Origin: a virus
Taxonomy: Duplodnaviria > Heunggongvirae > Uroviricota > Caudoviricetes
Length of the DNA stretch: 64,000 nucleotides
Strand: one strand, 5' to 3'
IMG/VR virus record: IMGVR_UViG_3300041407_000052
Location: 28,348-92,347 of that record
In this document: positions 9,152 to 18,759 of the stretch, piece after piece
Layout of the letters: every line of letters begins with the position of its first letter
Numbering within the stretch: the first letter of the stretch is position 1
Notes under the pieces: model-generated
The model's input: the letters and a program-made list of their open reading frames with translations, nothing else
Databases searched by the model: none
Told to the model about the DNA's origin: nothing
Program-made: the position numbers and the translations under genes

Positions 9152-10186
9152 TTACCCCTTCTTAACGTGGTTTGGTACTAGTTGACGATGTTGCTTCCAA
9201 CCTTTCATATTGCCTGAACCAAGTTGACCGTCACGATCTACATGTGTTACACCCTCTTCCCAATCAACAAGATCACGTTCGAAACGACCAATCAACATAG
9301 ACTCGTAGTCTGGATACTCGAATGGTGTGCATTGATGCTCCAACGGACTTGCATGGACCGGTTGATCAGGTTCTTCACCTTGCAGATTCAAACGTGCCAC
9401 AACACCACGTGCTTTCTCAATTGTATCATCCAACTTGCGATACGATACTTGAGCAGAACACGAGCTACTGATAATCAAAGCATGTTCAAGACTATGACCG
9501 AACTTATCTACAACAACTGGTCCGTCTGTGGTGCGAGCAGTTGATGCTGGAATCCAATACCCTTCGTTGTAATAAGGAACATGCCACCAACCCGGTTGCA
9601 GAATAACTGGAGTCGAAGCTTCTTGTGCTGTAATAACTTTCTGACACAGTACGTCAATAGTTGGATCAGCAGCATCATGACGACGTAGCCATTTGAAGTT
9701 GTTCAACTCAGTTGCAGTCATTACAACTTTCATCATCTGGAATGGTTCAATCAGACGATTGCAAACTTGTTTAGCATAACCAGCATTGTGAAATGCTTCG
9801 GCGTGATAAGCAGCATCTTTCGCAGCATTTACCCAAGCCTCTTCAGCTGTCAACCAGTCGTCAATACCTTCGATATCGATAAGACCATTGTGTGGTCCTT
9901 TATCCTGCATACCTGTGTTAGCCGCACCATAACGAGCGAGGAAAGCAGGGTTCTCACGCACTTGTTTCAACATGGTAGGAACAGGGATAGCACGGGAACT
10001 ACTTGCATTCTTGGAAAGAGCATTGTGGGTGTTAAATTCTGCGAGGATTGGGCGGGGAAACTCTAGTTCAAAGGTGATGATTTCCTTACCGGTTACTGAC
10101 GACTTACTGTGGGCGATTACTGTTGCTTTAGTTTGATCAAAAAACACTCTTCTCTCCTTTTGTATGGTTGGGAGACTATTATACAT
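9152..10186 (-). CDS. ThyX-like (flavin-dependent thymidylate synthase fold) protein with non-canonical THN in place of RHR motif
   Basis: aligns to ThyX core (FxF...FRHRxxSxxxxSxR -> EFNTHNALSKNASSSRA; RADSHAQWE -> RRHDAADPT); 344 aa. Confidence 0.5.
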   Translation of the reverse strand: MYNSLPTIQKERRVFFDQTKATVIAHSKSSVTGKEIITFELEFPRPILAEFNTHNALSKNASSSRAIPVPTMLKQVRENPAFLARYGAANTGMQDKGPHNGLIDIEGIDDWLTAEEAWVNAAKDAAYHAEAFHNAGYAKQVCNRLIEPFQMMKVVMTATELNNFKWLRRHDAADPTIDVLCQKVITAQEASTPVILQPGWWHVPYYNEGYWIPASTARTTDGPVVVDKFGHSLEHALIISSSCSAQVSYRKLDDTIEKARGVVARLNLQGEEPDQPVHASPLEHQCTPFEYPDYESMLIGRFERDLVDWEEGVTHVDRDGQLGSGNMKGWKQHRQLVPNHVKKG

Positions 10187-10220
10187 AAGTCTCCCTTATA
10201 AAGCAATACCTTACAAATGT

Positions 10221-10475
10221 TTAATTACAATCTGATGCGACATCTTGAAGCGTGTCGAAAGCATTGTAGATAAGCATTTCACGTTGAGTCGCAAGGCGAC
10301 CACGAACTTCTATAATACCCATATCTCCCGGTATATAACTGATCCAATAACCCGCTTTAATATCAGAGTTAGGGACACGAATAATTGATTTCCAAGTCTC
10401 CTCTAGATCACTCAAGAAACTTACAGGATCAATCTCGATATCGATTGTTTTACGTTGTACACCTTGTACGATCAT
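10221..10475 (-). CDS. hypothetical protein (84 aa)
   Basis: ORF track. Confidence 0.45.
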   Translation of the reverse strand: MIVQGVQRKTIDIEIDPVSFLSDLEETWKSIIRVPNSDIKAGYWISYIPGDMGIIEVRGRLATQREMLIYNAFDTLQDVASDCN

Positions 10476-11152
10476 TTAATTACTCCTGTCAGGATAAGTT
10501 CAAGTTCAGCTAGACCGTTAAACACCTTGTGAGCAGCGTGCAACAACTTACTCTCATGGTCCACACGTTCGAGTGCTGTAAGCCCTTGTGCCTTCTGGAT
10601 ACTGTTATCATTCTGGTGACGATACTCAGCAGAAGGGAAAGCAAGAGCCGCATTTGGTAGGTTCTTCCAATCATGTAAAGCATAACCTTTGACGTCTGCT
10701 GCCCAATCCATGACCTTTGCAATCTCACGAAGTGCATTCGGGAAACCATCAACTACAAAGTGCATACCAACCTTACCAACCTTACGGTCTTCCAACTTAG
10801 GACGATACACACCAAGCTCTTCAACACTCGGTACAACACCCAAACCAGTTCCTGCAACTGCGAAGTTACCGTCTTTGTTCAAATACCAACCACCCTCAAC
10901 TTGATTATCCGAACGAACTGTCTGTTCATTTGTGACTTCACAATCAATCACCAATTCAAAATCATCAGGGTAACGAGTCACACCAAAAAGATCGATAGTT
11001 GAAGTTATAGCACAGGTGTTCGAATCAGGCGATGTTTCATCATTGTCATCAACAACTGTGAGTACTGTTTCACGATCATTATCGAATTGATACAACCAAG
11101 TATGGAAGTCATTTACAACCTTAACTTTATCACCTACTTTAAATTTACTCAT
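10472..11152 (-). CDS. hypothetical protein (226 aa), coupled to MazG-like gene
   Basis: ORF track; ATGA-coupled downstream of MazG-like ORF. Confidence 0.5.
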   Translation of the reverse strand: MSKFKVGDKVKVVNDFHTWLYQFDNDRETVLTVVDDNDETSPDSNTCAITSTIDLFGVTRYPDDFELVIDCEVTNEQTVRSDNQVEGGWYLNKDGNFAVAGTGLGVVPSVEELGVYRPKLEDRKVGKVGMHFVVDGFPNALREIAKVMDWAADVKGYALHDWKNLPNAALAFPSAEYRHQNDNSIQKAQGLTALERVDHESKLLHAAHKVFNGLAELELILTGVIK

Positions 11153-11673
11153 TACGCTTCTCCTAGTAAATGTTTTGGAATGAACGGTGTAAGGTCAGGT
11201 TCACTGAAGCAACTTGGCTTCATGATCTTACCGTTAACCAATCGCTTCAGGATGTAGGTTGTAGGTTGACCTTCAGCATATGGTGCAATTTGAACAACAA
11301 CCTCATCACCCACGCGCTCAGACAGGTCTTTAGCACTAGCAATCATCATGTCAAGGTCAGTACTAAACTTCGAGTTGTTAGACCGACACACTTCATTCCA
11401 CGCACCATGAAGGTCAATACCCATGGCTTCCAGATAGACACCAATCTGATCGTTTACAAATCGAGTATCCAAATGACCATCCAACATCTCACGGATATCA
11501 AGCGCATCAGCACCATCACGAATCTCTTTTGCTTCTTCTACAACAAAACGACTCTGACGTTGGATCTTTGCAATGTTCGCTTGATCAGTTACACCCGGTG
11601 CATTCAACATTACTTCATTCCAACGCTTTACTTCTGGTGTATACTTCTGATACATATTACTCTCCTGCAACAA
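11152..11673 (-). CDS. MazG-like nucleoside triphosphate pyrophosphohydrolase
   Basis: all-alpha NTP-PPase acidic motif VVEEAKEIRDGADALD... Confidence 0.5.
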   Translation of the reverse strand: MLQESNMYQKYTPEVKRWNEVMLNAPGVTDQANIAKIQRQSRFVVEEAKEIRDGADALDIREMLDGHLDTRFVNDQIGVYLEAMGIDLHGAWNEVCRSNNSKFSTDLDMMIASAKDLSERVGDEVVVQIAPYAEGQPTTYILKRLVNGKIMKPSCFSEPDLTPFIPKHLLGEA

Positions 11674-11929
11674 TTGCTTTAAGTTTGTTGATCATCTCTT
11701 CAGCCAACATGGTTTGACCAAGATTTACACCACTGTCGATATTGTCATCAAAGTGGTTGTTATGCCAGTCACTGATATCACCATCATTCAATTGACCAGT
11801 GTAGGTAAGGTAGAATTCATCAGTGAAATCGTTAGTATCTTCGAGATATTTAATCAACGCTTCGATCTGTTCTTTCATGTTATTCTCCTTAACAAGTTGC
11901 TTGTAGTGCAAAACCGTCAGGTAGGTCAC
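11657..11929 (-). CDS. small highly acidic protein (90 aa)
   Basis: ORF track; D/E-rich. Confidence 0.45.
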   Translation of the reverse strand: MTYLTVLHYKQLVKENNMKEQIEALIKYLEDTNDFTDEFYLTYTGQLNDGDISDWHNNHFDDNIDSGVNLGQTMLAEEMINKLKAIVAGE

Positions 11930-12149
11930 CTAGTCTCGGAAATGGCAGGCTTGTGATTGGTGTCTGTTTGAATCGATCAACCAGTTCCTGTGTGATAGCG
12001 CGATTTGGTGTGACTTTATTGAATACCAAGTTCAAATGATCTTCGATTACTTTAACCGTTTCAGGACTAAACCCTTCACGATGGTCGATAGTCTTTTTCA
12101 GTTCAAAGAACCCTTGTAACCAGTAGCAAAAATTAAGTTCATTCATCAC
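11889..12149 (-). CDS. hypothetical protein (86 aa)
   Basis: ORF track. Confidence 0.45.
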   Translation of the reverse strand: MMNELNFCYWLQGFFELKKTIDHREGFSPETVKVIEDHLNLVFNKVTPNRAITQELVDRFKQTPITSLPFPRLGDLPDGFALQATC

Positions 12150-12529
12150 TCGTCTACTCCATCTTGTTTGAAATAACCATCAATGAACTCATTCACTCGA
12201 CGATAATATTGATCACTCTCTGTAAGGAACTCTGCCCAAACACGAACGTTCTTCAGGTATTGTTCCTCAGACCATGGACCATCACTGGTAATGGTTGCTT
12301 CTGGGTAACAATTAAATCCAATGAACTGTTCTTCTTGACAAACATGACCTTTACTTTCGTAGTCATTGATTAACTTGTTTGCCCATTCGGTATGACCTTT
12401 ACCAAGAAGGAAGTAGAACCAGCTACCAGCAGGCCAAGTTGCCATGAAGTAATCATCAAAACCCTCACCTGCATCCATTTCCCAACCACGAATAGCTTCA
12501 ACCATTGCGTCTACATTACGCTCAATCAT
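12146..12529 (-). CDS. hypothetical protein (127 aa)
   Basis: ORF track. Confidence 0.5.
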   Translation of the reverse strand: MIERNVDAMVEAIRGWEMDAGEGFDDYFMATWPAGSWFYFLLGKGHTEWANKLINDYESKGHVCQEEQFIGFNCYPEATITSDGPWSEEQYLKNVRVWAEFLTESDQYYRRVNEFIDGYFKQDGVDE

Positions 12530-12717
12530 TATTTATCCTCTGAATAATAGAAATTAGATGACTCAGTATTGATTGTGTCAACACCATTCAAACATACACA
12601 ATCACCATCACTTCCGTTCACCATTTCAACGAAAGCTTCAGCTTCTTCCAATGTGCGAAAACGTCGATTTGCAGCATAACCGTCACCAACGTCTTCCACA
12701 ACTTCATAATAGATCAT
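12529..12717 (-). CDS. hypothetical protein (62 aa)
   Basis: track ORF 12529..13002 trimmed to ATG (MIYYEVVEDV...) with GGAGAG RBS; upstream part overlaps exonuclease gene by 245 nt. Confidence 0.4.
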   Translation of the reverse strand: MIYYEVVEDVGDGYAANRRFRTLEEAEAFVEMVNGSDGDCVCLNGVDTINTESSNFYYSEDK

Positions 12718-12757
12718 TATTCTCTCCAGAATTAATGGGGCTTTCACCCCAACACAA

Positions 12758-13687
12758 TTAGATGTTAGCCAGTAGCTGACCACGTTTCTCTTTGCTAAGT
12801 TCATTAACACGAGAGCGACGTTGTGCGCCTGTCTTGATGTTGCGATAACGCTTGTACTTCGCCAAGTTGGCGTAATGGAAACCATCTTCCACCCATTCTG
12901 ACATGTCCAGTACTTCATCAACATATACGTCAAAGTTAGGCAACTTGCTATCCCAAGAAGACAATACATTGTAAAGCGCTTCAGTGCCGTGTACATCGTC
13001 AATGTTATACGCTTTCATCTCTGCCCAAGCCAATGGGTTCCCACGCAAACACTCAGACCACAGCTCGTGACCGGGGAACTCTTTGTGCTTACTCTTCTTA
13101 TGTTCTGGACACAACTTATCAGTCATGTATTCCAACTTATTAGAAGTGAAACCAAATTGTTCTTTGGCTTGAACCATCGTATCAATCTGACGGTAAGTAC
13201 TTGGTTTAGGGAAACCATTGAGTACAAAGCGAGCGTTCACTTTCTTTGTGTCGAAGCGTTTAACGTTCTGACCAATTACAATGTCTGCTTCGTTCAACAA
13301 CGACCACAACTTAGACAACAAGTATGTGTCATCTTCCATTGGATATACATCTTTTTGATCCCAATAGAATACTTCATCTTCACCAAGCCACTTGGCACAG
13401 ACAGACATAATGTACCAATCGGAATCAATCTGATTAAGACCAACATTGTTATCCCACAGTTTCCACACATGGGCAAGGATTGGAGCAGTCTCAATATCGT
13501 AAATCAGAATACGTGGACCACTCTTCTTATCAAACTCTGGTTTGATCAACTGTGCGTCATACTTAACAAAGAAGTCATTTACTGTACTTTTACCAACTTC
13601 TAGACTCTGTGCAATCTTACGACTACCAAACCCATAACCACGAAGTTCCAATGCTGCACGATGCCACTCTTTAACTTGCTTAATCAA
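12758..13687 (-). CDS. DEDD-family (DnaQ-like) 3'-5' exonuclease with N-terminal HTH
   Basis: N-terminal resolvase-like HTH (GSRKIAQSLEVGKSTV), exo I-like YDIETAP motif. Confidence 0.55.
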   Translation of the reverse strand: MIKQVKEWHRAALELRGYGFGSRKIAQSLEVGKSTVNDFFVKYDAQLIKPEFDKKSGPRILIYDIETAPILAHVWKLWDNNVGLNQIDSDWYIMSVCAKWLGEDEVFYWDQKDVYPMEDDTYLLSKLWSLLNEADIVIGQNVKRFDTKKVNARFVLNGFPKPSTYRQIDTMVQAKEQFGFTSNKLEYMTDKLCPEHKKSKHKEFPGHELWSECLRGNPLAWAEMKAYNIDDVHGTEALYNVLSSWDSKLPNFDVYVDEVLDMSEWVEDGFHYANLAKYKRYRNIKTGAQRRSRVNELSKEKRGQLLANI

Positions 13688-13707
13688 TTAAACCTCCAGT
13701 TGTTTAT

Positions 13708-13893
13708 TTAAGATAACACCTTTTCGATGTCTGATTGAATATCCTTGATTGCCCAATGTACCGAAACAATGAACTCATCTTCACCATCTTCTGAGTCATC
13801 AGCTTCATCCAAACACAACAATGCTGAATTCAGTTCACCAAGGCAATCAATCAAAGCATTTCGTTTATCGTTGGTCACGGATAGCTTCCTCAA
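13708..13893 (-). CDS. small acidic protein (61 aa)
   Basis: ORF track. Confidence 0.35.
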   Translation of the reverse strand: MRKLSVTNDKRNALIDCLGELNSALLCLDEADDSEDGEDEFIVSVHWAIKDIQSDIEKVLS

Positions 13894-14086
13894 TCAATTC
13901 TTGAACGAAGTCCTCAAGGTCTTTACATTCAGCACGACCTTCAACCGCATACACGTTGATGACAGCCTGTAATGGGACATTGAATTCAGCAATGTCTGCA
14001 AGGAACTCATGAACTGCTTGCTCTTTGGTGTCAGCGGATACCAAGTGAACATATGCATTACTCTCGCCATAAATAGCAAAGCTCAT
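13865..14086 (-). CDS. hypothetical protein (73 aa)
   Basis: ORF track; TTAAGGAGAG RBS. Confidence 0.45.
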   Translation of the reverse strand: MSFAIYGESNAYVHLVSADTKEQAVHEFLADIAEFNVPLQAVINVYAVEGRAECKDLEDFVQELIEEAIRDQR

Positions 14087-14173
14087 TTAACTCTCCTTAA
14101 ATAATATGTTGGAATACTAGTGCTGTTTGAACAGCGAGTACAACATTGGTCATGAAAATGAATGTATGGACGT

Positions 14174-14311
14174 TCATCGTTGCTCAGCTCTCATTACACC
14201 CAACTCTGATTGAATTTGTACAATCTGCAATTGGAGATCACTGATCTTAGAAAGAAGCATCTTCAATACATCGTCCTCAATTTGTACAACTACTTTATCA
14301 ACCTTAGCCAT
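14174..14311 (-). CDS. small coiled-coil ORF (45 aa)
   Basis: start overlaps stop of 14311..14529 (TGATG); not in track. Confidence 0.3.
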   Translation of the reverse strand: MAKVDKVVVQIEDDVLKMLLSKISDLQLQIVQIQSELGVMRAEQR

Positions 14312-14529
14312 CACTCATAACTCCCATCTGGTAGAACAACTAATACAGGTTTGAGAGATGCTTTAAACATCTGGTCAAGGAATGAATACGCTTCTTCAAG
14401 TGTACTGTATTCTGAGTAAGGGTTTTCAGCATACTTGATATTACCGTTTTCCTCGTACAGAATGCGAGACACTTGGAAGATTTCAGTACCGTCTCGTTGA
14501 AGACAAACAATACGAATGTCGTTAAGCAT
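14311..14529 (-). CDS. hypothetical protein (72 aa)
   Basis: ORF track; preferred over overlapping frame 14340..14543. Confidence 0.45.
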   Translation of the reverse strand: MLNDIRIVCLQRDGTEIFQVSRILYEENGNIKYAENPYSEYSTLEEAYSFLDQMFKASLKPVLVVLPDGSYE

Positions 14530-14695
14530 CTACAAGCTCCCACTCGCCATCGAACAACGCTGATTCTTTACCATTGTCATCAGTGATGCTCACGCTGTTC
14601 TGACGATCAAGATCCCAAGCTTCGTACACTTTGTCGATTGTAATATATTGATCGTCTGCACTTTTCTGCTCAATCTTAATAACACGAACTTTCAT
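14522..14695 (-). CDS. small ORF (57 aa)
   Basis: ATGA overlap with HNH gene stop; 8-nt overlap with downstream start; not in track. Confidence 0.4.
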   Translation of the reverse strand: MKVRVIKIEQKSADDQYITIDKVYEAWDLDRQNSVSITDDNGKESALFDGEWELVDA

Positions 14696-15294
14696 AAATT
14701 CTCCAGTTTAAAGTGTTCAACAAGCTGCTCACGCCGCTTCTCTTTGTTAGAGGACGCATTATACCCGTTTGCGTTTAGGAACGCAACTGTTTGTTTTACT
14801 CCAGTTTTTTCCACTTCGATTGCCTTTTTCACAGCAACAGCCTCCTTGAATGTGATCCCATGTGACTCGCTCAGAGTTTTGTATGAATGACAACCTGTAT
14901 GTTTCTTCTTCGGAATGTCTTTACACAGTATTTGAAGGTCTTCAGCACGAACCATCAAAATGTTATTAAAGTAGCTATTGAATTCTTCAAGCTTGGTGAA
15001 CGTGTGGTGTCCGTGCTTGTGATCTACTTCAATCTCAGTTTCTTTGAACATCTTATTGCAAATCTCACACTTATACAACCACTTAGTACGAGTAGTGTCA
15101 TCCATGTCAGGGATTGTACGTCCGTACATAAACGCCAGCTTGACATCACTTTTCATCCATGCTGAGCGGATAGCTGATCGAACAACTGAGATAACCTGCT
15201 TCTCAATTGGACGACCATCAGGACCAACCCGTTTATTAAACTGTGCAAGCTTCTCAGCTCTCTTCTTTAGGTCAGCAGAACTAGGAACTGTCAT
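14692..15294 (-). CDS. HNH endonuclease
   Basis: CEICNKMF...VDHKHGHH...LCKDCH HNH/zinc-finger motifs. Confidence 0.7.
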   Translation of the reverse strand: MTVPSSADLKKRAEKLAQFNKRVGPDGRPIEKQVISVVRSAIRSAWMKSDVKLAFMYGRTIPDMDDTTRTKWLYKCEICNKMFKETEIEVDHKHGHHTFTKLEEFNSYFNNILMVRAEDLQILCKDIPKKKHTGCHSYKTLSESHGITFKEAVAVKKAIEVEKTGVKQTVAFLNANGYNASSNKEKRREQLVEHFKLENL

Positions 15295-15488
15295 TCGGAC
15301 AGTACCAGCTCTTTACGAACAAATAGTGTTTGGTCTGCAAACTTATGTCGCAATTCACGGTTGTAAGCGTTGTTATGTACTTGGTTGTAAGAGTTAGCAG
15401 CACCAGCCTTACCTGAGTAAACCTGAGTGCCCCATTGTTCGCCAGTCTCACTATTGATGATTACATAACCATAAACTTTCTTATCCAT
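15291..15488 (-). CDS. hypothetical protein (65 aa)
   Basis: ORF track. Confidence 0.45.
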   Translation of the reverse strand: MDKKVYGYVIINSETGEQWGTQVYSGKAGAANSYNQVHNNAYNRELRHKFADQTLFVRKELVLSE

Positions 15489-15691
15489 TATTGAACCTCC
15501 TTTACATGGATATGATGCATATCGTAGATGCCTGTACGGTCATTAATCTTGTTTACATAATACTCATCGTCCCATTCGTCCCCTACTGGTTGGCAGGCAG
15601 AGCGGGCTTTATCCATTGAGTCAAACACACCAATTACATTGTCCCAACCTAAATCAAGATCAACAGCGACATAAACTTTACGATTGCTCAT
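15488..15691 (-). CDS. hypothetical protein (67 aa)
   Basis: ORF track. Confidence 0.45.
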   Translation of the reverse strand: MSNRKVYVAVDLDLGWDNVIGVFDSMDKARSACQPVGDEWDDEYYVNKINDRTGIYDMHHIHVKEVQ

Positions 15692-16004
15692 ATTCTTTAA
15701 CCCTCATACTTTGTGTAAAGATTGCTTGGAACTGCCCACCTGAATTATCATCAAGATCAACAATCACCCAATCCCCACGTTCAACATATGACCGAACTCT
15801 ATCAGATGAATAACCACCACCAGACCAAAGATCAGGTGAACGATGTTGCTCATCGTTTTCACTGTAGTGGAACTCTCCCCACTCGTTACAATACCAATAC
15901 GATCTTGTTTGGTCATAGGGTGCCCATCGGTCCATTTCGAACAGTTCCAGTGCTTCACCATAGTCACACATCTTTGTTCTCCTTATACTACAGAAACCCA
16001 CCAT
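15678..16004 (-). CDS. hypothetical protein (108 aa; true start probably internal Met)
   Basis: ORF track. Confidence 0.4.
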   Translation of the reverse strand: MVGFCSIRRTKMCDYGEALELFEMDRWAPYDQTRSYWYCNEWGEFHYSENDEQHRSPDLWSGGGYSSDRVRSYVERGDWVIVDLDDNSGGQFQAIFTQSMRVKEYEQS

Positions 16005-16150
16005 TCAACATCATGTAGGAACTCAATCTCTTCATCTGTTTGACATGTACTGTCAATGAAGTTTGGAATCAATTGTTGACTTTTAATATACTTCTCAAGG
16101 TCCATTCTCAGTTCATCAACTAACTCTTGTTTACGACCTTCAGTCAACAT
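15983..16150 (-). CDS. hypothetical protein (55 aa)
   Basis: track ORF 15983..16207 trimmed to ATG preceded by AAGGAG (MLTEGRK...). Confidence 0.35.
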   Translation of the reverse strand: MLTEGRKQELVDELRMDLEKYIKSQQLIPNFIDSTCQTDEEIEFLHDVEWWVSVV

Positions 16151-16310
16151 CACGTTCTCCTTTATATTGATCACGAGACTCTGTACTTGTGAACCAATCA
16201 TTGCCACGAGTCTTATCCCAAGTGCATAACATTTGTGTATTGGACTTCTTACCTTCCTTCAGGTCATGAATCAAACCAATTAAAGCGTTTTCAAAGTTAC
16301 CATCAATCAT
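16140..16310 (-). CDS. small ORF (56 aa)
   Basis: fills gap; start overlaps stop of 16303..16521; stop overlaps next start; not in track. Confidence 0.35.
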   Translation of the reverse strand: MIDGNFENALIGLIHDLKEGKKSNTQMLCTWDKTRGNDWFTSTESRDQYKGERDVD

Positions 16311-16521
16311 CTTTCTTCTCCCACAGGTTCAGTTTGGTCATGATATCTTCAGCAACGTCGTCATACACATCTTCGGGAATACCGGGGTTACTACCGTAGT
16401 AACTATATCCTTCCATCTCACGAGTGTACTCGGCTAACACTTTCTCAATAACAAGGCGAACATCATAATCAACTTTGGAAATTGACGAATATTCAGGATC
16501 TTCGCTATACCACTTAGCCAT
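16303..16521 (-). CDS. hypothetical protein (72 aa)
   Basis: ORF track. Confidence 0.45.
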   Translation of the reverse strand: MAKWYSEDPEYSSISKVDYDVRLVIEKVLAEYTREMEGYSYYGSNPGIPEDVYDDVAEDIMTKLNLWEKKDD

Positions 16522-17528
16522 TAGTATGATACTCCCATCTTATCCAATACAGCTTTGACATTAACCCTTGGATCATCCAATGTCCGCTGCATCATAGCCA
16601 TGTCAAACATCTCTTGAAATACATACAACCAATCGATTTCGATGTCATCACCACGCCAACCTTGAACAACCTTCGGCTCTGGATACAGATGTTTGAACGT
16701 GTGGACCATTGCTTCAAAGCATTCTTTGTCGGTCTTGCAATCAACCAATGTATTGAATGCACTAACACTCCCCCACTCAACATCACTGAAGCAGTTTGCT
16801 TTGTAGTTGTCTACAGCATCTTCGCTGATAATCTGGTAGTACAAATGAATACGACCTTCACCACGTACATACTTCTTATCATCTTTGAACAACGTACCGA
16901 GCTTGTCACAGTTAACAATACCACGATGCATACGGTTGATGTCGAGGTAATTAACTGGTGAACCCCAATAGTCCTTGTCTTCGCCCACTACAAAGTGATT
17001 AGCTTGTTTGTACGCACGAATGACACACATATCGTCAGCTTCACGATCAGTAATGATGTCAGCCTTATAACGACGTTCCAGATAATTGCTCACTTCGTCA
17101 AGATGGAAAGGTTTCACAAGGTTGTCACGATTACCTTTGTATTTCTGCAAGGTACTCCATTCAACACGCTGACTATCACCTTTACCCATGTACATCTCGT
17201 AAGTCTTTGCACCACTGGCTACAATAATGTCATCAACCATACATTTAGCGGTGTGCAGAACGTTCTGTATTGGCTCAGGAACAACGATATCTTCAATGTC
17301 GAAGTCTTCAGGCAACCAAGGACTATCACGTTTCGTATTCTCTTCAGCCAGAATACCACCGGCTTTCTTCTTATGATGACCCCAGAAGGCTGTACGACTC
17401 TTCGCCTCAAATGTTTTACTGGTATCACCTTTCAAAGTCGCACGGATTGTTTTCTTCTCACCTACGTATGCTGCTGAATATTTGAACGCATCAAGGTCAA
17501 CTACAGCATGATTTGGAACTTCACTCAT
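16521..17528 (-). CDS. 5'-3' exonuclease / flap endonuclease (T4 RNase H / T5 D15-like)
   Basis: FEN acidic motifs DREADD and GEDKDYWGS; N-terminal VVDLDAF. Confidence 0.65.
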   Translation of the reverse strand: MSEVPNHAVVDLDAFKYSAAYVGEKKTIRATLKGDTSKTFEAKSRTAFWGHHKKKAGGILAEENTKRDSPWLPEDFDIEDIVVPEPIQNVLHTAKCMVDDIIVASGAKTYEMYMGKGDSQRVEWSTLQKYKGNRDNLVKPFHLDEVSNYLERRYKADIITDREADDMCVIRAYKQANHFVVGEDKDYWGSPVNYLDINRMHRGIVNCDKLGTLFKDDKKYVRGEGRIHLYYQIISEDAVDNYKANCFSDVEWGSVSAFNTLVDCKTDKECFEAMVHTFKHLYPEPKVVQGWRGDDIEIDWLYVFQEMFDMAMMQRTLDDPRVNVKAVLDKMGVSY

Positions 17529-17697
17529 AAATTACCTCAACAGATTCAATACCGATAAGTCCTTCTGACTCAATGTTGTCAAACTCTTCACCCATACCTT
17601 CCAATCCTTCAGTTGCGTATTTCTCAGCAACTTCATAACTTGCATAAACGGCATCTCGATTTAAACCCAAATCCCACTCGCACCAAATCCTGTACAT
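17521..17697 (-). CDS. small acidic ORF (58 aa)
   Basis: TAATG overlap upstream, TGA overlapping FEN start; not in track. Confidence 0.4.
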   Translation of the reverse strand: MYRIWCEWDLGLNRDAVYASYEVAEKYATEGLEGMGEEFDNIESEGLIGIESVEVIYE

Positions 17698-17894
17698 TAT
17701 GGACGCACCCGATAAGTCAGACTGTTACGGAATTGAATCTCATAAGCTGGGTCAAGAGTAAGCCAACCAATGTTGGTAAGCATTTGGATTGTTTCACCCT
17801 CATCTTTGGCCTGTTGCAACCATTCAGGAACAACACCATCTTCTACAACTTCAAATACATAGCTCATACTGTTCTCCTTAATTAACTTGTGCAA
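17697..17894 (-). CDS. hypothetical protein (65 aa)
   Basis: ORF track. Confidence 0.45.
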   Translation of the reverse strand: MHKLIKENSMSYVFEVVEDGVVPEWLQQAKDEGETIQMLTNIGWLTLDPAYEIQFRNSLTYRVRP

Positions 17895-18195
17895 AAGTGA
17901 TCACATCAGCATCATCACCCGTAAGTTCTTTGAACTCAGAGATAAGTCGGTCAAATGACTTGTAATCTGATGGGTCTACCTCAAAACCAACATACCAACC
18001 ACGACCAGAGTAATAGTTCTCACATTGAACAGCCAGCGGGAACCCTTGGTCATGCATTGCTTGAATGTCGTCCCCGTATACAGCATCAAGCTCGCCTGCT
18101 TTCAATAAACCTTTTGAGATTAGATATTGCTCAACATCGTCTTTAGAATCACCAGCGTAAATACCAATGTAAGTCATTGCATCATACGAAGCCAT
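17878..18195 (-). CDS. hypothetical protein (105 aa)
   Basis: ORF track. Confidence 0.5.
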   Translation of the reverse strand: MASYDAMTYIGIYAGDSKDDVEQYLISKGLLKAGELDAVYGDDIQAMHDQGFPLAVQCENYYSGRGWYVGFEVDPSDYKSFDRLISEFKELTGDDADVITFAQVN

Positions 18196-18377
18196 TACAA
18201 ACTCTCCTTTGTAAACTGTACACCAGTTGGAACCAACTCATATTCACTAACTCGCTGTGTAGTGCTGTGTTTCACTTTAGCAATAGCCGCTGACTTGGAT
18301 ACATACACACGAGTACCTTTACCGTAAACCCGACGACGTTCACCAGTTTCAATATTCTCAACCAAATACACTTTCAT
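18195..18377 (-). CDS. hypothetical protein (60 aa)
   Basis: ORF track. Confidence 0.4.
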   Translation of the reverse strand: MKVYLVENIETGERRRVYGKGTRVYVSKSAAIAKVKHSTTQRVSEYELVPTGVQFTKESL

Positions 18378-18390
18378 TTATCAATCTCCA

Positions 18391-18420
18391 CAAACAAGAA
18401 AGCCCGCTCAATGGCGGGCT
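18391..18420 (-). terminator. rho-independent terminator (AGCCCGC-TCAATG-GCGGGCT)
   Basis: 7-bp GC stem; TTCTTGTTTG on minus strand; same hairpin family as 921-950. Confidence 0.55.
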
Positions 18421-18444
18421 ATTTGTACACTCAAGTTGTCTGTA

Positions 18445-18759
18445 TTAAGAATTGTAACCCGTCAATTCTTCATACTTAGCAAATACCGCTGCTGCTGCGA
18501 ACTTTTTCTCTTCAAAATCTCGCTTGGCGTGAAGCTGTGCGGCTTTGGCAATTAGTTTGATTACGTCTTTATTGATTCCTTTTGGGTTTTCATCTTCTTC
18601 GTATGTTGCATCTTTCTTCAACTGGGAGATGTCAGCAGCCAACACCAGTTTATCAGTTTCCAACTTGGTGAGACGTTTGAACAAATCATCTTCAGTAAGT
18701 GTTACGCGCTCAACAGCTTCTGCATCTTCATAATCATCGAACATGTCTTGTTGACTCAT
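18445..18759 (-). CDS. hypothetical protein (104 aa)
   Basis: ORF track. Confidence 0.5.
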   Translation of the reverse strand: MSQQDMFDDYEDAEAVERVTLTEDDLFKRLTKLETDKLVLAADISQLKKDATYEEDENPKGINKDVIKLIAKAAQLHAKRDFEEKKFAAAAVFAKYEELTGYNS

